Assembly: GCA_032718475.1 (NCBI GenBank)
Contig: JAUCBJ010009078.1
Location: 1 to 64,000 of the forward strand
DNA from: Nemertoderma westbladi
Taxonomy: Eukaryota; Animalia; Xenacoelomorpha
Reading direction: 5' to 3'
Length of the DNA stretch: 64,000 nt
Below the pieces are notes generated by a model. That model was not told the DNA's origin, did no database searches, and saw nothing but the letters and a program-made list of their open reading frames with translations. Below, in pieces: positions 34,703 to 42,669 of this stretch (positions are counted from its first letter, which is position 1; the number at the start of each line of letters is the position of its first letter). Made by a program: the position numbers and the translations under genes.

Positions 34703-37700
34703 ATGTCAGTCGTTCCTGTACAAACAACCATGTCCCTCCTATCCCCCTCGCAAACACAAGGGCGGGTAGGCCCGGGCATCCACACAGCCTATGACCCGAC
34801 CAAGGTATGCGATGGGGGCGACCCTACCCACACAGGCGTTCAGTCTGGTGTTTCCAGACTAATAAGGGATGAGGCGCGAGAAGCAGGGTATGCCTACCGA
34901 ACCAACACACTATCAGACCAGGACAACTCGGGGCTGAATAGGACGCTCAAGATCATCTCCCAACTAACACCTGTGGTAGTTAAGGACCTGGACGATTATG
35001 GCAACTGGGTACGTCGTGAACCCGCAACGTCATATTTTGGTGAAACAAAAGTCGATGCGACAACAATTGATACACACTCATATAAACTCAAACCTCGCCC
35101 TACCACCGCAGGGGATCGGATGTCCAAGAAAAACGGGATAAAAGTGATAAGGCAGGGGAAGAATCACCGAAGACCAGTCACTAGGAGTCAGAGTAAACTC
35201 TCCGCCAATGAGAATGAATCTTCCGATCGTATCCCTAAGCTGAGTAGCCTAGGTGGGGGCCCGGGTAATCACATTCAGACGATACACGACCTAGCGGGGA
35301 GAAACTGTGTAGGGGCAGATTTTTCTAATTGTAACAAATGTATATGTGCAGTAGCATCTATCCCTAGTGCAGAGAAAGAGCAACCCACCCTTTTTTATAC
35401 TGAGGATAACTTTAAAATTACCAATAGAAATTCATTGAGCCATATAGTTAATAATTACTCGACCATTCATGGTGTTAATTCGCTCCCGGTCGTAACCAGT
35501 GCTAATAATTTTGGGACTTTTACTGGTTATGATAATGCTGCGACTTTTACCAGCAATATTTTCACACCCACAAATATTGTTAATTCGGTCCCAGTTGTAA
35601 CCAGTGCTAATAATTTTGGGACTTTTACCGGTTATGATAATGCTGCGACTTTTACCAGCAATATTTTCACACCCACAAGTATTGTTAATTCGGTCCCAGT
35701 CGTAACCAGTGCTAATAATTTTGGGACTTTTACCGGTTATGATAATGCTGCGACTTTTACCAGCAATATTTTCACACCCACAAATATTGTTAATTCGGTC
35801 CCAGTTGTAACCAGTGCTAATAATTTTGGGACTTTTACTGGTAATGATAATGCTGCGACTTTTACCAGCAATATTTTCACACCCACAAATATTGTTAATT
35901 CGGTCCCAGTTGTAACCAGTGCTAATAATTTTGGGACTTTTACCGGTTATGATAATGCTGCGACTTTTACCAGCAATATTTTCACACCCACAAATATTGT
36001 CAATTCGGTCCCAGTTGTGACCAGTGCTAATAATTTTGGGACCTTTACCGGTAATGATAATGCTGCGACTTTTACCAGCAATATTTTCACGCCCACAAAT
36101 ATTGTTAATTCGGTCCCAGTCGTAACCAGTGCTAATAATCTCGGGACTTTTACAAGTAACACCTTAACTACCGTCTTTAATGTGAACTCAGTCCCAGCTG
36201 GAACCAGTGAGGATGACTTTGGGATTTTTAATAGTAATAGTTTCACCCACACTGATGTTGTGAACTCGGTCCCGAATGCAACCAGTGATGATAAATCTGG
36301 TACCTCCATCATTAACACTCTAACTCCCACTGATAATGTGAATTTGATACCAGCAGCTATAAACAGTATTGATAACTCTGGTTCTACTGCCCCCATGAAT
36401 TCCTACTCAGCTATGCCAATGACCACTAATCCCACGCCCCATTCAAACACAACATATATACAGAAGTATGACACATACGCAGACCCAATAGTAAATACCC
36501 ACTTCATGATCGACACTGACAATGAGCAATATGATATTTTATCACCTGTATGCGTCGAGGTCCCCAAAGCTGGCAATGGGCAATACCTATCACCGGGGAC
36601 GCAAGCTAGGAAATACTTAGCCTCCAAAGCAACCTCACGTCGTCTACAAATGGACACAGTAGACAAAATAGATCTGGACTCGTTGGAGAGTGCAAAGCTC
36701 GTGACAGACTCGATAGTGGACAGATTTCTTACCATCCTGGAAACCAACACTACAGGTCGCATATCCTGTGTGTCCTCTGCACTGTCAGTTAAACTGCAAA
36801 TGCAATATAATATGGTATCCGCTATTAAATTTGTAGCTAGGCAGTACTTCCAACCCGAAACACAACTTATTCTTTTCCCAGAATGTAGACAGACACATCC
36901 AGATTGTGAAGAGACACCATTCAAACACTTTTATTTGCATGTAGCAAACATAAAGGATAGAGAGGTCTATACACTCTGCTCTTTGGGACGTATTACCCCA
37001 ACTAATACCACCAGAGAAATCTGCAAAGTCATGAATTATATTGACGACCACTCACCTAGCAATAAAAAACGGAAGTATGCAGGGCGCTGGTCATCAATAG
37101 TATCACAAACAATACTGCCCCCTCAAGGTAATGACTATGACTGTGGGGTCTTTCTGTGTCTGCATGCGTATGCAATTGCCTTTGGAAATCAATCCCAGTT
37201 GGCTGCTCTGACTGACAATACCTATAGCGACCCACTTAGATCATGGATACGGGATACAATAGCGAGTAACTCTCTCCTAAATCCAACAGAGTATGGTACA
37301 TGTGGACTGATAAAAAATTCCCTGACAAATAATGACTACATACCACACAATTCATACCCGCCTGCCAGTTCAAAAGAGTATAAGCACGGTCATAAACGAC
37401 CAAAGGTGGTGAGTAACACTAAACATTCTAAACCTATCCCGGGATCTTATAATCTTACCAGTACTGCCATCACTAAGGATAATTGCTTAAGTGCTAGTGC
37501 ATATCCAATGGAAGGACCGACTAATTCCCCAACACATCACCCAGCCCCCGCAAAGAATATAGCAAGCACAATATCTTCACCACATGCCGGAGTAATAGAC
37601 CGTGAAGCATTTCCACACTATAGTGAAGTGAATCTCACCCCAGTGTTAACACTATCCCGCAAACCAGCAATAAAGAAACTACAGGCCATAGGAAATGAGC

Positions 37701-39010
37701 GGTTGGGAAAACTTCGCGAGAAGTTATACCAGGATATCAAGTCCCTCATGTCACCTACTCAAACAGTGTCACTTGAGCTTGCTACAAGAGGCTCCCAGCG
37801 CGAATCAGCAATTGATGTCTACGAGCTTATGCACTCAATGAAGGATGGCAACCTATCAGAAGCCACAAGGAAACGACTCAAGAAGGTTGCCAATAGTGAC
37901 TCGATGGATTCCAACACTGTTATGCGGCTTAGACAGGACCTAGTCTCAGCAGTGGCAGTTCTCCAAACTCGAATGACTCAGCTAGAAAATGACAATGCCA
38001 ATTTAACAGAAAGTAATCAGCGTTTGCAAGATGAGGTTAACCATGAGAGGCATGCACGCATCCTGCTTGAGGCAAAATGCACTGATACACATAAGGAGCT
38101 AAATGTATTCAAACTGGAAGTTAAACAAGCTCGACACTGCCACAGACCTTGTGATAACCACACCACCTCAGCACCAATACACAATAATAAAAAGCAATAC
38201 AATGATACAAGTTGGGAAAGACCAGACCTGAAACATACATACCAAAACAAAGCAATCCATGGTCACATGGCTCCAGTTATAATCAAGAATAGATATGCTC
38301 CTCTGGATAATGAACCACTGAAGGCAAGCTATACGGGTACTAAAATCATACAAGAGAAGAAACTTAGCGAATTAACCCAGATTCAGTCCAGTTCTTGGAG
38401 TGCTAACAACTCTAAGTCAGCGCATCATCCCAATCAGTATGTAGGTCAAACAGAAGTTCACCATCCTCTCCCCAGTGTCCTTCGACAAACCAATGACCAT
38501 TCGCACCCTTCTTCCTACAAACAAACAATGCCATTCACATCCCATTCACATCACCCCAGCAGAAAACAGACTAGGGACCAAGGAGAACTCAACAAGGTAT
38601 CATACCAAGGTCGCAGCCGGTCACCAGGTGACAAGGAATACTTATCATATGGATCATCATATCATAAAAAGTCCAGAAAACACATCAGTCAAACTTCAGA
38701 GCAGTGTCCGTATGCTTATATCTTTGTTACTGGCATTGACAGGCAACACCATGCTGAAGATGTGGTCAAATATCTTGCAAGGAGAGGCATCAATGTTTAC
38801 TACTCTAAAGCCTGGGAGCACCGCACATCATCTAACATGCGCTTGACTGTTGACATATGTCATCTACGGAAAACAACTGAACAAGGATTCTGGCCACATG
38901 GCATCGCATGTCGGGAATGGAAATCACAGACAATGATCCATAACGCAAAGTCTTCAAACAACAGCAACATAGGTTCTACTCATTTACCTCCAAGAACGTA
39001 TTATGTTTAG
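34703..39010 (+). CDS. LINE ORF1 protein (1435 aa): 35-aa tandem repeat, Ulp1/SENP-like C48 protease domain (~36660-37270), coiled coil (~37930-38130), C-terminal RRM-like domain (~38710-38920)
   Basis: Protease motifs LVTDSIVDRFL...KHFYLHV...PPQGNDYDCGVFLC; heptad stretch LQTRMTQLENDNANLTESNQRLQDEV; IFVTGI...EDVVKYL...MRLTV...FWPHGIACREW resembles LINE ORF1 C-termini. The frame is also open upstream of the ATG, so the true start is uncertain. Confidence 0.85.
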   Translation: MSVVPVQTTMSLLSPSQTQGRVGPGIHTAYDPTKVCDGGDPTHTGVQSGVSRLIRDEAREAGYAYRTNTLSDQDNSGLNRTLKIISQLTPVVVKDLDDYGNWVRREPATSYFGETKVDATTIDTHSYKLKPRPTTAGDRMSKKNGIKVIRQGKNHRRPVTRSQSKLSANENESSDRIPKLSSLGGGPGNHIQTIHDLAGRNCVGADFSNCNKCICAVASIPSAEKEQPTLFYTEDNFKITNRNSLSHIVNNYSTIHGVNSLPVVTSANNFGTFTGYDNAATFTSNIFTPTNIVNSVPVVTSANNFGTFTGYDNAATFTSNIFTPTSIVNSVPVVTSANNFGTFTGYDNAATFTSNIFTPTNIVNSVPVVTSANNFGTFTGNDNAATFTSNIFTPTNIVNSVPVVTSANNFGTFTGYDNAATFTSNIFTPTNIVNSVPVVTSANNFGTFTGNDNAATFTSNIFTPTNIVNSVPVVTSANNLGTFTSNTLTTVFNVNSVPAGTSEDDFGIFNSNSFTHTDVVNSVPNATSDDKSGTSIINTLTPTDNVNLIPAAINSIDNSGSTAPMNSYSAMPMTTNPTPHSNTTYIQKYDTYADPIVNTHFMIDTDNEQYDILSPVCVEVPKAGNGQYLSPGTQARKYLASKATSRRLQMDTVDKIDLDSLESAKLVTDSIVDRFLTILETNTTGRISCVSSALSVKLQMQYNMVSAIKFVARQYFQPETQLILFPECRQTHPDCEETPFKHFYLHVANIKDREVYTLCSLGRITPTNTTREICKVMNYIDDHSPSNKKRKYAGRWSSIVSQTILPPQGNDYDCGVFLCLHAYAIAFGNQSQLAALTDNTYSDPLRSWIRDTIASNSLLNPTEYGTCGLIKNSLTNNDYIPHNSYPPASSKEYKHGHKRPKVVSNTKHSKPIPGSYNLTSTAITKDNCLSASAYPMEGPTNSPTHHPAPAKNIASTISSPHAGVIDREAFPHYSEVNLTPVLTLSRKPAIKKLQAIGNERLGKLREKLYQDIKSLMSPTQTVSLELATRGSQRESAIDVYELMHSMKDGNLSEATRKRLKKVANSDSMDSNTVMRLRQDLVSAVAVLQTRMTQLENDNANLTESNQRLQDEVNHERHARILLEAKCTDTHKELNVFKLEVKQARHCHRPCDNHTTSAPIHNNKKQYNDTSWERPDLKHTYQNKAIHGHMAPVIIKNRYAPLDNEPLKASYTGTKIIQEKKLSELTQIQSSSWSANNSKSAHHPNQYVGQTEVHHPLPSVLRQTNDHSHPSSYKQTMPFTSHSHHPSRKQTRDQGELNKVSYQGRSRSPGDKEYLSYGSSYHKKSRKHISQTSEQCPYAYIFVTGIDRQHHAEDVVKYLARRGINVYYSKAWEHRTSSNMRLTVDICHLRKTTEQGFWPHGIACREWKSQTMIHNAKSSNNSNIGSTHLPPRTYYV
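35474..36150 (+). repeat. In-frame 105-bp (35 aa) coding tandem repeat in ORF1, ~6.4 copies, followed by degenerate ~26-aa copies to ~36350
   Basis: Unit VNSVPVVTSANNFGTFTG(Y/N)DNAATFTSNIFTPTNI starts at 35474, 35579, 35684 and so on. Confidence 0.97.
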
Positions 39011-42000
39011 CAACAACGCATCCACGGACCTCACCTCCCCACACATCAAACTGAAAATCGCAACGTACAACTGTCATGGCTTCCATACAAACAGTGGCTA
39101 TATTTTAAATCTTTTAGATACACTCGATGTGCTCGCCATCCAGGAGCATTGGCTCGACGAAATTGAAGCTAAGGAACTCCTACCCGAACTAAAGGATGAA
39201 TTTTCATGTGTAAAATCTATCTCTAAGCTGATGACCAATCCAAATCGTATTAGGGGCGCGGGAGGTGTGGCACTATGGTATCGGAAGTCCCTCTTTACAG
39301 ATGTCACCTGCATTTCTTCCGGCGATGACATAGTTGGCATCAAAGCCTCCATCACCGGGTCTAATAGGACAGTGTTACTACTGAGCTGCTACGCTCCTGA
39401 TGGAAGCAAAGGAAAGGTAATTTATGACGACTTCACTGGACGACTTGAAGCCATTCTGGAATCACACACCCATTCTCTTCCACTAATTCTTGCTGACACC
39501 AATGCTGACTTAGGAACATTACAAGGACCCCGGACACACTTACATAAAGCAACCCCACGTGGCGAACAGTTCGATAATTTTCTTACCACCAATAACCTTA
39601 CTGCCATAGACACTCAATCCAACTTTACTGGGCCCACCACTACATTCCGCGGGCATGGTACATCATACATAGACCACATCTTAACACTCATAGACAGTCG
39701 TGACATAGTTACTAGTGGCGAGGTCCTAGAAGAAGACCCTGTATTCAATATGTCGGATCACGTACCAGTGGTGGCATGCATATGCCTGCCAATACATAGT
39801 GCATCACAGCCCTCAAAGAGGAACGTCAAACAGCTAGTTAAATTTTCCTGGGATCGGGTGACAGAGGATAATATCTCAAGGTATAATAGTCAAGTAAGTT
39901 ATGGAATCAGTAGCCTACAGGCACAGACCATGAAACATCCAATCAATTGGACCTGCAGTGAACTCAATGAATTCTCCTCAGGTGTCCAAAATATCATTCA
40001 AACTGCTGCAATCTCAACACTGCCAATATATAAACCAAGGAGACAATGTAAGAATATCAGAATTCGTTCTAAACAACTGTATGAACGATCCAAAATGACA
40101 AAGGGTCTTTACATACAATGGTGCAAACAAGGTAAAAAGGAAGGAACTACTCTTGGTGATGCCTTCAAAGAGTCACGTCGATCTGTTAAGAGGCTGCGCA
40201 ATTGGCTCTCTCATAATGCTGTATCGAATGTGGTGGACCGCAACTCCTCCTTAATGCACAATAACCCAAAGCTGTTCTGGAATAAATTCAAATCAAAATC
40301 TCACATAATACCAACAGCACATTTGCAAACTAACCTGCAGGAGAAACTAGCAAAGGAACAAATGAGAGGGAGCGATTGGGAGACCTCTGTCAGTGAACTT
40401 CAGCAAAATCTTAGGGACAAATGTAATTATTCTTGTCTGCCAACAATCTCCCCAGTCACCATCCGGAAAGTCCTCCTCGCACTCTCAAAAGGTAAGGCAC
40501 CTGATGCAGCTTCACTTGTTATCGAACTATTTCTTGTTCTGGAAGATAACCTCATCGACCCAATACTCGCTGATATTATAAATACATGCCTCAGACTTGG
40601 AGACACACCTGATTTGTTTGGCATGACAATTGTTACATACCTACATAAAGGCAAGGGAAGGGATCCAGCAGTCTGCACTTCATATCGCCCAATCGCAACC
40701 GTGAGCGTCTTTGGGAAGATCTTTGAGGCTGTGATATTGCGGGAGTTCCTCACATCACCAGGACTTGTATGTGATTCTCAGTTTGCATATCAACCAAAGA
40801 TTGGCACTGATCTGCTACTAGCCGCAATACTAGAAAGCCTTGAACATCAGAGAAAAGTGGGAAACTCAGTCTACCTCGTTCAGATTGACATTACAGCAGC
40901 ATTCGACAATGTTGCCTATACCAGCCTATTCACAAAACTCATGGAACACATCAATCCTTACATTTGCTCTGCCCTACTGGCGTATTACCTTCATACAGTT
41001 GTATTCCTTAAATTTGGATCAGGTGTAAGCCTAGATGGTACCCGCCTCACTAAAGGAGTCAAACAGGGATCCCTGCTCTCCCCTGTACTATTTAACCTGT
41101 ACCTAAGAGATACCTTCTCCAAGTTAGACGAACAAGGTTATGGATGGCAACTTAGTGACGTCTGGCTGGGCGTCGTCTCTTATGCGGATGATATCCTTAT
41201 AATGGCGAGGTCAGCTTCTGAAGCGGAACATATCGTTGCAGTCATCACTCAAAGTCTACGCGCCATAAGCCTAGATGTCCAGCCTGACAAAACTTCATGG
41301 GTATTCTTTCCGGGTAACAGTCACAGCAAGGTACACTGCACATTCCTAACTATCAACAATACGTTGGTGCCAGCCCACTCATCACTAACTTTTCTTGGTC
41401 ACAAATTTAGTGCAAAGGAGGACAGCCTCACGCAGTGTATTAGAACGATCGCCTCAGTAGCGGATATATTCCACAGAAATGGCTGGACAGTTAGGTGGCT
41501 GAAGGTAAATACTCTTAACTACCTCTGGAATACTATAGCGGTGCCAATCCTAACTTACAGCATGAGATTCCTCATTGGGGCACTGTCGCAACGAGAAGTA
41601 GACCAACTCGATATCTACTACCGTAAAATCTTACGAGGCCTGCTCTACCTGGGCACATATGCTAGTAACCAAGTGGTAATGGACCTTATGAATTGCGACC
41701 CAATATCAACTCGAGCATACAAAGATGCTCTAGGGACTATCTTGAGGACCACATCCTGCCCCAATACAATCCTCCAGCCGTTCCTTAGACTATCACTTTT
41801 CATTAACAGTAGCAAACAGGACAACGATTATCATACTGCAAGTCTCAGTGGGGCCTACCGACAATGTTCCAACTCCTTCCCAATGCCAGATATCCTATCC
41901 ATCCTAACATTCTCATACTGCAAGAAGGAATTATTATCTCGTCTAAACAACGGATCACTAACATCTGGTGAAGCGATGAAACGAAACTTTATTAATAACT

Positions 42001-42071
42001 GTTACAGCCTTCACAAAACGTCTTTCGACGTGAAACACATGCGAATATCACAGTACTACAATGTGTCTTAA
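39003..42071 (+). CDS. LINE ORF2: APE endonuclease plus reverse transcriptase (1022 aa)
   Basis: EN motifs ATYNCHG, IQEHW, ADTNA, SYIDHI, SDHVPV; RT motifs YRPI, DITAAFD, GVKQGSLLSPVLF, YADD, FLG. Confidence 0.96.
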   Translation: MFSNNASTDLTSPHIKLKIATYNCHGFHTNSGYILNLLDTLDVLAIQEHWLDEIEAKELLPELKDEFSCVKSISKLMTNPNRIRGAGGVALWYRKSLFTDVTCISSGDDIVGIKASITGSNRTVLLLSCYAPDGSKGKVIYDDFTGRLEAILESHTHSLPLILADTNADLGTLQGPRTHLHKATPRGEQFDNFLTTNNLTAIDTQSNFTGPTTTFRGHGTSYIDHILTLIDSRDIVTSGEVLEEDPVFNMSDHVPVVACICLPIHSASQPSKRNVKQLVKFSWDRVTEDNISRYNSQVSYGISSLQAQTMKHPINWTCSELNEFSSGVQNIIQTAAISTLPIYKPRRQCKNIRIRSKQLYERSKMTKGLYIQWCKQGKKEGTTLGDAFKESRRSVKRLRNWLSHNAVSNVVDRNSSLMHNNPKLFWNKFKSKSHIIPTAHLQTNLQEKLAKEQMRGSDWETSVSELQQNLRDKCNYSCLPTISPVTIRKVLLALSKGKAPDAASLVIELFLVLEDNLIDPILADIINTCLRLGDTPDLFGMTIVTYLHKGKGRDPAVCTSYRPIATVSVFGKIFEAVILREFLTSPGLVCDSQFAYQPKIGTDLLLAAILESLEHQRKVGNSVYLVQIDITAAFDNVAYTSLFTKLMEHINPYICSALLAYYLHTVVFLKFGSGVSLDGTRLTKGVKQGSLLSPVLFNLYLRDTFSKLDEQGYGWQLSDVWLGVVSYADDILIMARSASEAEHIVAVITQSLRAISLDVQPDKTSWVFFPGNSHSKVHCTFLTINNTLVPAHSSLTFLGHKFSAKEDSLTQCIRTIASVADIFHRNGWTVRWLKVNTLNYLWNTIAVPILTYSMRFLIGALSQREVDQLDIYYRKILRGLLYLGTYASNQVVMDLMNCDPISTRAYKDALGTILRTTSCPNTILQPFLRLSLFINSSKQDNDYHTASLSGAYRQCSNSFPMPDILSILTFSYCKKELLSRLNNGSLTSGEAMKRNFINNCYSLHKTSFDVKHMRISQYYNVS

Positions 42072-42376
42072 AGTCTCCCTTCGGGTAATGTCATCATATC
42101 AGCTTAGCTATTATAGTGCTGGTGAAGTAGGGGGGGGGGGGGGGGGGGTGGTTCAGTATACGTATTTTTATTTTTATTTTTTCTATTTCAACCTATGTTC
42201 TCTGCAGTACAATTTGGTATATTTTATTTGTGCGTTTGGTCTACCGTACTTTGTACTTTTACCGGATGTACTACGCAACACATGTAATTATTTGCGCGTT
42301 CGTTTTACTCGTTTTACCCGTTTTACCCGTCACTTGTGCATGATGTACTACACAATTTTACTTTGAAGATAATATA

Positions 42377-42395
42377 ATGTCGGCTGGACCGACGT
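42377..42395 (+). other. 3'-terminal stem-loop of the LINE (ATGTCGG-CTGGA-CCGACGT) just before the A-rich tail
   Basis: 7-bp stem (one U-G pair) with a 5-nt loop ~10 nt upstream of AATAAA; analogous to RT-recognition hairpins of stringent LINEs. Confidence 0.55.
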
Positions 42396-42669
42396 CACTA
42401 TGTTAATAAATAAAAAAATGATTATAACAGAAATACACTTGTTTGCTAACTAACTTTGTTCAATTTTATTCCAAGGGGGGGGGGGGGGGGGGGGGGGGTT
42501 CATATTCTAAGAAATACGGTAACACGACTTGCTTTACGGCGTCTTAACACAAATTCAATTCTCAATACAATTCAATTTATTATTATTTCTCCGATCATGT
42601 TTACTGTTTCCCTATCCCTCATCTACCAATAGAATAACAACTTTATATATTTACTGTACTACCGCACTA

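Larger units (their letters stand above)
34613..42418 (+). mobile_element. Non-LTR retrotransposon (APE-RT LINE) with two intact ORFs; 5' end fused to the satellite; clade not resolved
   Basis: ORF1 and ORF2 overlap by 8 nt (ATGTTTAG, 39003-39010). The ~350-nt 3' UTR has a G-tract, a terminal hairpin and an AATAAATAAAAAAA tail. No TSD is visible. Confidence 0.93.

Noticed and set aside
35947-40753. Minus-strand and alternative-frame ORFs overlapping ORF1/ORF2
   Set aside because: Shadow ORFs of long coding frames with no recognisable motifs.
42400-42440. Target-site duplication for the intact LINE
   Set aside because: The sequence after the tail (TGATTATAACAG) does not match the satellite bases preceding 34613.
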